Shown here: piece by piece, positions 9,357 to 17,377 of the stretch | Position numbering within the stretch: position 1 is the stretch's first letter | How the letters are laid out: each line of letters begins with the position of its first letter | From: Nanobdellota archaeon | GTDB lineage: Archaea > Nanobdellota > Nanobdellia > Tiddalikarchaeales > Tiddalikarchaeaceae | Length of the DNA stretch: 32,000 nt | Reading direction: 5' to 3' | NCBI GenBank assembly: GCA_016931175.1 | Contig: JAFGFH010000013.1 | Location: 13,486 to 45,485, forward strand | Program-made: the position numbers and the translations under genes | Notes under the pieces: model-generated | What the model saw: only the letters and a program-made list of their open reading frames with translations | Databases searched by the model: none | What the model was told of the DNA's origin: nothing

Positions 9357-9761
9357 ATGATGGATTATGATAGTTTAATTAAAAGAGCGGAAGAGTTAAT
9401 GCCTGAGAAGGGAAAAGAGCATAAACGCTTCGAGGTTCCTAAGATTAAAGGAAGGATTCAGGGAAAAAAGACTATAATAAGCAACATGAAGGCAATAACG
9501 GATTACATTGACAGGCCTGAAGAAATGGTGTTTAAGTTCCTGCTTAAAGAATTAGCCACTAAAGGAGTTAAGGAAGGCAGTTTCTACGTCTTTAACGGAA
9601 AATTCGGAGCCACTCAAATAAATGAGAAGATTGACAAGTTCGTAAACGAGTTCGTTAACTGCAGGGAGTGCGCTAAACCAGACACTAAACTAAGCAAACA
9701 GGACAGGATAATGTTCATTAAATGCATGGCTTGCGGAGCAAAGTACCCGGTAAGGAAATGA
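9357..9761 (+). CDS. eif2b: Translation initiation factor aIF2 beta subunit
   Basis: YDSLIKRAEELMPE, RFEVPK, FLLKELAT, and the C-terminal Zn ribbon CRECAKPDT...IKCMACGA. ATG 9357 is preferred over the ORF-track GTG at 9345. Confidence 0.9.
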   Translation: MMDYDSLIKRAEELMPEKGKEHKRFEVPKIKGRIQGKKTIISNMKAITDYIDRPEEMVFKFLLKELATKGVKEGSFYVFNGKFGATQINEKIDKFVNEFVNCRECAKPDTKLSKQDRIMFIKCMACGAKYPVRK

Positions 9762-10045
9762 TAACTCACAAATTGCACGTTAAGGGCAAGGAATTAGTAC
9801 TAGCAGCTTGTGATGAGGATTTAATAGGCAAAACACTGCACGCAGTTAACGGTGCTGAAATATTCATCAACCCATCCTTTTACAAGGGCGAGCACGTTAG
9901 CGCGGATAAACTGGTTGAACTAGTTCGTGAGGCAACAATAGTCAACCTTTTCGGAAAAGAAACCCTGAACGCGGTAAAGAGCTTAAACTTGAATGTTTTA
10001 AACATTGGAGGAGTGCCTCACAGCCAAGTATTTAAAATACTTTAA
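9758..10045 (+). CDS. DUF424-family protein (conserved archaeal partner of aIF2-beta)
   Basis: ATGA overlap with the aIF2-beta stop (ATG 9758, TGA 9759-9761). LAACDEDLIGKTL...FYKGEHVS...NIGGVPHSQVF fits DUF424. The ORF-track start at 9722 would overlap aIF2-beta needlessly. Confidence 0.7.
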   Translation: MITHKLHVKGKELVLAACDEDLIGKTLHAVNGAEIFINPSFYKGEHVSADKLVELVREATIVNLFGKETLNAVKSLNLNVLNIGGVPHSQVFKIL

Positions 10046-10057
10046 AAAAGCAAATTT

Positions 10058-10066
10058 TTTTAAATA
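10058..10066 (+). promoter_or_regulatory. TATA-like box (TTTTAAATA) for the 408-aa gene; the preceding T-run may also terminate the mcm operon
   Basis: Its centre is about 28 nt upstream of ATG 10090. The T7 run at 10055-10061 lies directly after the DUF424 stop. Confidence 0.35.
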
Positions 10067-10089
10067 AGTTTCTTTCTAAGTCTTGATTT

Positions 10090-11316
10090 ATGGAAGAGAG
10101 TAGCCAATATTTAGTAACTATTGAACAAATCAATGCTTACAGGAGCTTGGTTAGTGAAGCTGTTAAGATAGCTAGGAAGAGAGAATTAGAAGATTTAAGT
10201 GACGAGTTAGATTTTAATAATTCAATAGGTGATTATTCTCTAACTGAAATTAATAACACGAGCAAAAGATTAATATACTTAACTAAGGTTGCAGAGCTGG
10301 CTAAGGACTACTTGAACCTTGAAGAAAAGAAGATACTCTTAGGAGGTAATGTCTTCAGCAATTATGTTCCAACACCTGAAGATTTGAATAATCCTATAAA
10401 CTTCTTGTTTAAAATAACAGAGGTTTTCTTTTCAAAAGAAGATGACCAGTACAAATTCTTCTCATTACTAATTGGGGATAAAATTAATGACTATCATTCT
10501 TTAAGAAGAGAATATAAAGATATTAAACATAACGAATTCATTGACAGATTAGACTATTTTATATCAAATATTAACATTGCACTTGCGAAAAAAGAAGTAT
10601 TTGACAACAATAGTATTGAAAATGTGTTATTAAAAGAAGAAGATATAGAAGAGATAATTAAAACCATTAAAGAGTATCAAAACACTCACTCTAATCTTCT
10701 TGATGAGAATAAAATAGATATGGAATCATTCAATCAGTCACTGTTTGACGCAAGCTTTGAAGAAAAGTATGGAAGATTAATCAATGGTTCATTCATTGAA
10801 GAATATAGAAGCAAACTAGTTGAATTTAAACAGAGGTTCAGCGAGATTAAAGACTTATTTGAAAAGAAAGAGGCAGCTAGTGAAGAGCTTCTGAAAGAGT
10901 TCTGCACCTCTTTATTAAAGGCGTACAAACCCTTGCACAAGATTGCGAAATCAGCAGTTAAGGAATTTGAAAAGATGGAGAAAACAGATAGAGAACTTAT
11001 TGCTCTATTCTCAAACATAAGCCAGGAGATATCAGACCACTTAAAGAATAGTTTTGAGAGCAGCTGGGTTCCTTTAAAGAATGAGTTATTTCTAAGAGTT
11101 ATTGATAACTACGAGTCTTTAAAGAAGGAGAAGGCGTCAGGCAATATTCTGAAAAGCTCTTTCATACCGAACTTGAAAGATTATGATAAGGGTTACACTT
11201 TCTTAGCAGAAGAGGGCATGAAGCAAATATTGTCCAGCTGGAATCTAGTAAAAGATAATAAGAGTAGTTTAAAGAAGCGCTTAAAAGGTTTGAAGAAGGT
11301 GCTTAGTAAAGCCTGA
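10090..11316 (+). CDS. Hypothetical alpha-helical, E/K-rich protein (408 aa), no family recognised
   Basis: Long ORF with its own TATA at -28. Coding-like composition. No TM segment, no catalytic or nucleotide-binding motif seen. Confidence 0.6.
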   Translation: MEESSQYLVTIEQINAYRSLVSEAVKIARKRELEDLSDELDFNNSIGDYSLTEINNTSKRLIYLTKVAELAKDYLNLEEKKILLGGNVFSNYVPTPEDLNNPINFLFKITEVFFSKEDDQYKFFSLLIGDKINDYHSLRREYKDIKHNEFIDRLDYFISNINIALAKKEVFDNNSIENVLLKEEDIEEIIKTIKEYQNTHSNLLDENKIDMESFNQSLFDASFEEKYGRLINGSFIEEYRSKLVEFKQRFSEIKDLFEKKEAASEELLKEFCTSLLKAYKPLHKIAKSAVKEFEKMEKTDRELIALFSNISQEISDHLKNSFESSWVPLKNELFLRVIDNYESLKKEKASGNILKSSFIPNLKDYDKGYTFLAEEGMKQILSSWNLVKDNKSSLKKRLKGLKKVLSKA

Positions 11317-11476
11317 GATTAGAACTGTATGAATTATTCAAGTACTTGCTTCTAGGCATGTAAAGATTGCCAAGGATTCTGTAATTAAAATCAGAACCGT
11401 AAGTAACAAGATGAAACTTCGCATTTGACATCTCATAATTTATTAATCCCATGAATTAACTAAGTAATTATTAATC

Positions 11477-11914
11477 CTATAAATCTTTCGATTTAATAAA
11501 TTCGTCAACTATTCTCGCCTTATCTAATCTGCTGCATTCAGCGTAAGCGTCTGATTGCGCGCCTAGTTTAAGGCAGGGGAAGCCATTAATCACTGCAACC
11601 TCTCCGCCTCTTTTAAGATAACAGCCGTGCGGGAACTCTGCACAGAACTCAACCTTTACCCCGTTGATACTAACATGCAATGATTCACGGTCTTTATCCT
11701 TCGCAAGCCCATTGTTTACTATCCCGTAATCCTTAAACAATTCCATAACCTTATTCTTATCATTGTAACTAATTATAACATCAATATCATTTGGTTCAAC
11801 GTTCATGCCTTGAAGCAGTAATGAAACGCTTCCGCCAATAAACCATTTAATACTTATACTGTTTAATCTGTCTTTAACCAGATTCAATACCTTAATAAAA
11901 CCTTCACTTACCAT
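11477..11914 (-). CDS. Small nucleotidyltransferase-fold protein (minimal Pol-beta superfamily, Lnu(A)/ANT(2'')-like size and layout)
   Basis: WFIGGSVSLLLQGMNVEPNDIDVII matches the G[GS]-x(9-13)-D-x-D NTase signature. 145 aa. Its start overlaps the carS stop by 7 nt. Confidence 0.5.
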   Translation of the reverse strand: MVSEGFIKVLNLVKDRLNSISIKWFIGGSVSLLLQGMNVEPNDIDVIISYNDKNKVMELFKDYGIVNNGLAKDKDRESLHVSINGVKVEFCAEFPHGCYLKRGGEVAVINGFPCLKLGAQSDAYAECSRLDKARIVDEFIKSKDL

Positions 11915-12429
11915 GGTTCTTTCTTAAAACCTAATTTGTACCCGATTATGCTCGCACTGCGGTGCACTAAGGGTGTTATTAAAAGCGCTAATACGAAGCT
12001 CCAAATATTATACGGCACGAAGAACCAAGCGATTAAGAAGGCACCGGTTATGAAATCAAGCATGTCCAGTAATCCCGCGTTCTGCCCTCTTTTCATCTTC
12101 AAACGCCTCTTTATGAAACTTCCCACCGAGTCTCCAATCATGGCGCCGACTCCAATAAAGAAGAAAGCGATTGGAGGAATATTAAGGAACCCGTCGTAAT
12201 TAATGCTGGAAATGATTTGAAGCTCTAATAAACCCGTAAAGTAAGCTATTATTGAAGCAAAGACGAAGCCTTCAATAGTCTTGCCGTCGCCAAGAATCCT
12301 CTCTCCTTTAATCTTTAGATTAAAATCAATAGGGTGCTTTTTTAATTTTATAAGAAAAGGAGGCGAACCGTTAGCAACATAAGCAGGAACAGCTATTTGA
12401 AGCATTTGAACTATTATTTCAATCAGCAT
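11908..12429 (-). CDS. carS: CDP-archaeol synthase
   Basis: VPAYVANGSPP...HPIDFNLKIKGERILGDGKTIEGF plus about 5 TM helices. This is the CarS (former DUF46) pattern. Confidence 0.85.
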   Translation of the reverse strand: MLIEIIVQMLQIAVPAYVANGSPPFLIKLKKHPIDFNLKIKGERILGDGKTIEGFVFASIIAYFTGLLELQIISSINYDGFLNIPPIAFFFIGVGAMIGDSVGSFIKRRLKMKRGQNAGLLDMLDFITGAFLIAWFFVPYNIWSFVLALLITPLVHRSASIIGYKLGFKKEPW

Positions 12430-12451
12430 ACTAATTGAATTAGTAGTTAGG

Positions 12452-12461
12452 TTTTTAAAAA
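12452..12461. promoter_or_regulatory. Perfectly palindromic TATA element TTTTTAAAAA shared by divergent carS and CDP-alcohol phosphatidyltransferase genes
   Basis: It is the only TATA-like element in the 53-nt spacer. Its centre is 27.5 nt from complement ATG 12429 and 26.5 nt from ATG 12483. Confidence 0.45.
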
Positions 12462-12482
12462 GACTGTTGTTTTCTTATTCTT

Positions 12483-13061
12483 ATGAATTTGCTTAAAAGG
12501 GTTAAAAAACTTTTTCATAAAGCAGTTGAGCCGTTAATTAAGGTGCTTGTTAGATTAAAAATTACTCCAAACATGGTTTCAACATCTTCACTATTCTTTC
12601 TCGCAGTAACGGTTTACTTCATAATTAACAAGAACACTATTGCTGCAGGTTTAATGCTTGCAATTACTTCAATCGTTGACGCTTTAGACGGTGCTGTAGC
12701 TAAAAAAGTGGGAAGCACCCGGTTCGGAGACTTCTACGACGCCTTCCTTGACAGAATCGTTGAGGGAATAGTTTACGTAGTAATCGCTTACACTTACCCA
12801 AGCATTTACTTAATCTGTTTCATAGCGTTCGGCCTGTCTTACATGACTAGTTACGTAGCAGCAAGGGCTGAGGTTTGGACTATAGGTGTTAAGATTAAAT
12901 ACTTAGGCATAGGAGGCAGGCCGGGCAGATTATTAGTGTTAATACTGTCATTCATGCTGGACAAGATAGAATTAGGACTCTACATAATAAGCTTTTTTGC
13001 ACTCATAACAGTTATTGGAAGAAGCATAGTAACACTTAGAATATTATCAAAGAAGAATTAA
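12483..13061 (+). CDS. CDP-alcohol phosphatidyltransferase (archaetidylserine / archaetidylinositol-phosphate synthase-type)
   Basis: DALDGAVAKKVGSTRFGDFYDAFLDR matches D-x2-D-G-x2-A-[RK]-x8-G-x3-D-x3-D. Multi-TM protein. Confidence 0.85.
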   Translation: MNLLKRVKKLFHKAVEPLIKVLVRLKITPNMVSTSSLFFLAVTVYFIINKNTIAAGLMLAITSIVDALDGAVAKKVGSTRFGDFYDAFLDRIVEGIVYVVIAYTYPSIYLICFIAFGLSYMTSYVAARAEVWTIGVKIKYLGIGGRPGRLLVLILSFMLDKIELGLYIISFFALITVIGRSIVTLRILSKKN

Positions 13062-13063
13062 TA

Positions 13064-13777
13064 TTATTTCTGGAAGAAGACCAAGTCATCAGTTGTTAAC
13101 TTCTTCTTCTGCTTTAATTTCTCAAGAACCTCTTCCTGCCTCTTCTGAATAATAATCCTCTCCTTGTTCTTAAAAGAATCAGACTTTCTTTTTGCAATGC
13201 TTTCCAAACGCTTCCTCTCACTCTCAGCGTCCTTTAACAACTTGCTTACACTGCTGCCTTCTTTCTTAAATTTTTTAATCTCTTTCTGAACAAGCGACAT
13301 CTTCTTGCTTATCTCATTGCTCTCATCTGCTTTTTTAATAACACTCTCATGAAGCTTGTTATGATTCATGCGCGCAGCTTCTAAGTCCTTAACTAATTTT
13401 TTAATGCTGGAAAAAGCCTTATTGCTTTCTTTAGCAAAGTCTAACTTCTTCCTAAGTTCTTTAATCTCCTTCATCAAAGCCTCTTCTTTCTTAATAGATA
13501 ATACGTTTATTTGAAAAAACCATTCCTTTTTATTAATCAAATTCTGCAAATCCCTGACATCTTCTCTGTTTATCTTATTTTTAACACTGCTTAACTGGTT
13601 TATTTCTTTAATAATAGCCCTAATATTATTGACGGCTTCCTGCCTCTTACTTTTTAATAATTTAACCTCTTCGTTAATCTTATCCCTTTCTCTCTTAAAC
13701 TTGTTAAATATGTTAATATTATTCACAATCTCGGTTCTTATCTTTGCATTCTCGCGCCTTAATTTAATAACATCCAT
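13064..13777 (-). CDS. Conserved-looking archaeal coiled-coil protein (COG1340-like, tentative)
   Basis: 237 aa, K/E-rich heptad-like sequence throughout. Internal EWFFQINVLSIKKEEALMKEIKELRKKL block and C-terminal KKLTTDDLVFFQK. The family assignment is from memory of the pattern only. Confidence 0.5.
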   Translation of the reverse strand: MDVIKLRRENAKIRTEIVNNINIFNKFKRERDKINEEVKLLKSKRQEAVNNIRAIIKEINQLSSVKNKINREDVRDLQNLINKKEWFFQINVLSIKKEEALMKEIKELRKKLDFAKESNKAFSSIKKLVKDLEAARMNHNKLHESVIKKADESNEISKKMSLVQKEIKKFKKEGSSVSKLLKDAESERKRLESIAKRKSDSFKNKERIIIQKRQEEVLEKLKQKKKLTTDDLVFFQK

Positions 13778-13812
13778 AAGTATTATAAGACTACGAGCCT
13801 TTTTTAATACTT

Positions 13813-13956
13813 ATGGCTCTTAAGAGATTAATAAGGGATTTAATTTTTGTTTATATCGCATTTGCGCTAATAAGCACTGGAAGTCTTAATCTTAGTATTT
13901 ACGGCATAATCATGGTTTTCTTCACATTCTATTTCTACTTAGGACCTAAGAACTGA
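13813..13956 (+). CDS. Possible 47-aa small membrane protein (below ORF-track cutoff)
   Basis: Hand translation: MALKRLIRDLIFVYIAFALISTGSLNLSIYGIIMVFFTFYFYLGPKN, with two hydrophobic stretches. The TATA-like ATTATAA at 13782-13788 is centred 28 nt upstream of the ATG. Confidence 0.3.
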   Translation: MALKRLIRDLIFVYIAFALISTGSLNLSIYGIIMVFFTFYFYLGPKN

Positions 13957-13991
13957 ATAATTCTTAAATCACGAATTATTAGGTTTGTAAT

Positions 13992-14933
13992 ATGAAATTC
14001 AGCACTTTAATACTTATTATAATACTAATTTTCGCGCTTTATCTAATAATGCCTTTTATGCAGATAATTATTGGAAGCTTACTAATCGCGTTCTTGATAG
14101 AACCTTTAAGCCACAGAATAACCAAGATAATAAAGAATGAAAAGATTTCTTATTTTATACTAACAATATTGTCCGTTTTATTATTTTCATTCCTATTCTA
14201 TTTAATAACCCGCATGACTATAATAAGCTTGATTGAACTGCAGTCAATACTTGACTCTAACTTAATCTTCTTGAACAATTTCATATCAAACTATGGTGAT
14301 GATTTAATCTTCCAATCCACTCCCACGAATTTTATAAACTTCATAGAAGCACTATTCTTTAACACTCCTAAAACACTCCTCGACCTGCTGCTTTTAACAT
14401 TCCTAGTTTTTTACATGCTTAACGATTCGCACAGGTTAAAAAACTGGTTAGGCAGGAAAGTCTTAAGCAGGAAAGAGTTTGAACTGCTTGAAAAATTCAT
14501 TAAGAGAGCGAATTATATACTTAACAATTTCATATGGAGTTACTTATTCGTAGCTTTAATTATGGGGGTTATAATCTTCGTTTGCATAAGTTTTTTACAA
14601 ATAGGTTACGCGGTAGAAGTAGCAACCATTGCAATGATTATAACTTTCCTTCCTGTAATAAGCGGTTGGTTAGTGCCGTTCTTATTAAGCATTTATTACT
14701 ATTTCAAAGACGATTTTTTTAAATCAACTATTATCTTCATAGTTTCAGTAATACTATTATTCATTGACCACTATTTTGACAAGATTTTCAGGGATGAGAA
14801 AGGAATCCACCCAATTGTCTTAATATTCGGATTAGTATCAGGCTTTTTGTCGCTTGGAATATTCGGGTTCATAGCAGGCCCAGTACTTGCAGGATTAGTT
14901 CAAGCAGGTTACGAGGTCACATTCGAGAGATAG
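13992..14933 (+). CDS. AI-2E family (PerM/UPF0118) transporter
   Basis: About 8 TM helices. FLVFYMLNDSHRLKNWL, ITFLPVISGWLVP, GIHPIVLIFGLVSGFLSLGIFGFIAGPVLAGL match conserved AI-2E blocks. Confidence 0.7.
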   Translation: MKFSTLILIIILIFALYLIMPFMQIIIGSLLIAFLIEPLSHRITKIIKNEKISYFILTILSVLLFSFLFYLITRMTIISLIELQSILDSNLIFLNNFISNYGDDLIFQSTPTNFINFIEALFFNTPKTLLDLLLLTFLVFYMLNDSHRLKNWLGRKVLSRKEFELLEKFIKRANYILNNFIWSYLFVALIMGVIIFVCISFLQIGYAVEVATIAMIITFLPVISGWLVPFLLSIYYYFKDDFFKSTIIFIVSVILLFIDHYFDKIFRDEKGIHPIVLIFGLVSGFLSLGIFGFIAGPVLAGLVQAGYEVTFER

Positions 14934-15117
14934 AGATTGCTTTAAAAGGGCATGCGAGCATGGCTTTCTCATTACAGCCAAGAGAGTTAACCTTAACCCT
15001 GATAACGTGAGCCTTATTATCCTCAAGAATCCTCCAATTACTAGGGCATAATTTAGAGCATAATCCTCCGCAAACACCCGCCTTGCACTTCTCCCTGTTA
15101 ATCTTAATCTTGTACAT
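14917..15117 (-). CDS. Small ferredoxin-like Fe-S protein (atypical Cys spacing)
   Basis: 66 aa. It has CKAGVCGGLCSKLCP (C-x4-C-x3-C-x3-CP) and a distal C...ACPFKAISI, laid out like single-cluster ferredoxins. It starts 2 nt after the gpsA stop and overlaps the convergent transporter gene by 17 nt. Confidence 0.55.
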   Translation of the reverse strand: MYKIKINREKCKAGVCGGLCSKLCPSNWRILEDNKAHVIRVKVNSLGCNEKAMLACPFKAISISRM

Positions 15118-15119
15118 GA

Positions 15120-16055
15120 TTATTCCTTACCGAGAATTACTAAGTTATAAGTCTTTTTAATCAAAGGAGTGTTAAGCTTGTACTTGTTAATAATAGGCAT
15201 TACTACATTTAAAGCAGTTAATCCTTCAACAACCTGCCCTACCTTCTTAACAGCTTCTTCCTTGCTAACTTTTTTCCCTATTAATTCACCAAATCTCCTG
15301 TTCCTGCTGTGAACACTCGTGCAAGTAACAACCAAGTCGCCCAGCCCTGCTAACCCGTAAACGGTTTCAGCTTCTCCGCCAAATTTTGTAATAATTAATC
15401 TTAACTCGTCCAATCCTTTTGATACCAAACCTGCTTTACTATTACTGCTCTTGCCTAAACCGTCGCTGATTCCTGCGAGTATTGCAATAATATTCTTAAG
15501 AGCGCCGCATAATTCCACTCCTGCAACATCGTTTGATGAACTAATATTATAATAACTGGTTTCAAACGCTTCCTTAACCCTGATAAGACTCTTATTGTTT
15601 TTGGAAGCAAAGACTACGAAGGTGTCCTGCTTCTTTCCTAATTCATTGGCAATACTCGGGCCGCCAATAACAACAAAGGGGTTGTTAAAATACTCATTCA
15701 ATACTTCACTCACTCTCTTATTAGAGCCCTGCTCTAAGCCCTTGGCAGCGCTCACAACTATTGCTTTATTAGGCATTAATTCACTGCACTGCTTGGCAAC
15801 CTTCCTAATAACTTGTGAAGGCAATGCGAACACTATAATATCTGCTCTTTCAAGAGCCGTCTTCAAGTCAAGAGTTGCACTAACATCCCCCTTTAATACG
15901 ACTCCTTTCAAGTATTTCGAATTCAACTTTTTTTCATTAATCTCTTCAACAACGCTTGACTCAATACTCCAAAATATTACACTACTCTTATTCTCTAATG
16001 CTGGTACTGCGAGTGCAGTGCCCATGTTGCCAGCGCCGAGTATAGCAATCCTCAC
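15120..16055 (-). CDS. gpsA: NAD(P)H-dependent sn-glycerol-3-phosphate dehydrogenase (bacterial GpsA type)
   Basis: RIAILGAGNMGTALA, AAKGLE, GGPSIANE, GVELCGALKNIIAILAGISDGLG, GLGDLVVTCTSVHSRNRRFG. GTG start in a GTGA overlap with the pyk stop. Confidence 0.9.
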   Translation of the reverse strand: MRIAILGAGNMGTALAVPALENKSSVIFWSIESSVVEEINEKKLNSKYLKGVVLKGDVSATLDLKTALERADIIVFALPSQVIRKVAKQCSELMPNKAIVVSAAKGLEQGSNKRVSEVLNEYFNNPFVVIGGPSIANELGKKQDTFVVFASKNNKSLIRVKEAFETSYYNISSSNDVAGVELCGALKNIIAILAGISDGLGKSSNSKAGLVSKGLDELRLIITKFGGEAETVYGLAGLGDLVVTCTSVHSRNRRFGELIGKKVSKEEAVKKVGQVVEGLTALNVVMPIINKYKLNTPLIKKTYNLVILGKE

Positions 16056-17377
16056 TTTATCAGCTCCTTAACATTATATATTGTAATCGTGTTCGTAGTA
16101 TTTTTAATGAACAGTCCTGCAACGAATACTACAAAATCGTTTATCTTAACAAGTTTCTTCTTTAAGCAGAGCTTAGTAGCTTCTTTTATGTCATACTTGT
16201 CAAGCTTCTTATAATATAAGGGTTTTATGCCATAACTTATCATTAACTGCCTAGCAATTAATTCATTATTAGTGAAAGCTATTAAAACCCGTTCTGGTTT
16301 AAACCTGCTAAGCATCCTGGCCGTGTAACCGCTCCTAGTTAAGCATATTATCCTCGCGTTCATCTCTTCTGAGAGTTTGAAAGCGTTGCTCGTTACGGCA
16401 TCAACTATGTTGTAACCGCTGGACTCGAACAACTTCTTATACTCGCTTTTTTCCGTGTTAATGCATATGCTGTTCATTTTCTGAACAACGAGTGAGGGAT
16501 AACTGCCTATGCTTGTCTCTCCTGAAAGCATTACAGCATCAGCACCGTCAAGGATAGCATTAGCAACGTCGCTGGTTTCAGCCCTTGTAGGAGTAGTATT
16601 GCTTATCATTGACTCCATCATTTGAGTCGCGACTATAACAGGCACTCCAATCGTGTTGCAGTCATTTATTATCTGCTTCTGAAGCAAGGGTATCTTCTCG
16701 CTTGGAAGCTCCACGCCTAAGTCTCCTCTTGCTATCATTACAGCATCAGCGCTTCGCATTATCTCCTTATACTTTTTGCTGCCTTCCTTGTTCTCAATCT
16801 TTGCAATTATCTTAATTCCAGACTTGCCTAATTTTTTCCTAACTAGTTCAACATCTTCTTTGCTGCGAGTATAAGACAATGATATGAAGTCTGCTTTCTT
16901 CTTAACAGCGTATTTTAAGACTTCTTCATCTTTCCGCGTTAGTATTGGCAGATGAATATTAGTTTTCTTAAAAACAATGCTCTTATTCTTCACCAGCTGC
17001 CCGCTGCCGTAAAGTCTAACAATTAAGCTCTTACTTTTGACTTTCACAACCTTGCCAGTTGTTAAACCATCGTTCAAAACAATCTTAAGCCCAGGCTTTA
17101 ATTGCTTGTAAATATTAACAGATAAGAATATTTCAACATCTTCATTACTGAACTTGAAGTCATCATTAACTACTCTAATTTCAGGCCCTTCCGTATCCAG
17201 CATTATAGGCAGGTTGCAGGAACTCCTGATATTCTTAATAATCTCATCATATTGTTTGAAATCACCGTATGAAGTGTTTATCCTGCAAGCATTCATCCCA
17301 TTATTACACATTCTTTTAATAGTATTAGAATTTAAACTAGCAGGGCCGATAGTGCATATTATCTTAGTCTTCTTCAC
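16052..17377 (-). CDS. pyk: Pyruvate kinase
   Basis: KTKIICTIGPAS, GMNACRINTS, LDTEGPEIR, IARGDLGVELP, ATQMMESM...PTRAETSDVANAILDGADAVMLSGETSIGSYP. GTG start in a GTGA overlap with the upstream stop. Confidence 0.95.
   Translation of the reverse strand: MKKTKIICTIGPASLNSNTIKRMCNNGMNACRINTSYGDFKQYDEIIKNIRSSCNLPIMLDTEGPEIRVVNDDFKFSNEDVEIFLSVNIYKQLKPGLKIVLNDGLTTGKVVKVKSKSLIVRLYGSGQLVKNKSIVFKKTNIHLPILTRKDEEVLKYAVKKKADFISLSYTRSKEDVELVRKKLGKSGIKIIAKIENKEGSKKYKEIMRSADAVMIARGDLGVELPSEKIPLLQKQIINDCNTIGVPVIVATQMMESMISNTTPTRAETSDVANAILDGADAVMLSGETSIGSYPSLVVQKMNSICINTEKSEYKKLFESSGYNIVDAVTSNAFKLSEEMNARIICLTRSGYTARMLSRFKPERVLIAFTNNELIARQLMISYGIKPLYYKKLDKYDIKEATKLCLKKKLVKINDFVVFVAGLFIKNTTNTITIYNVKELIK

Noticed and set aside
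9722-9757. Upstream ATG start for the DUF424 gene, giving a 36-nt overlap with aIF2-beta; also the GTG 9345 start for aIF2-beta
   Set aside because: ATG 9758 forms a classic ATGA stop-start overlap and yields an N-terminus (MITHKLHV...) adequate for the family. ATG 9357/9360 gives the usual aIF2-beta N-terminus.
11306-11452. 48-codon minus-strand ORF as a confident protein-coding feature
   Set aside because: It has a plausible upstream A/T box. However, the peptide has no hydrophobic core, motif or recognisable family, and it overlaps the end of the 408-aa gene. It is kept only as a remark within the spacer finding.
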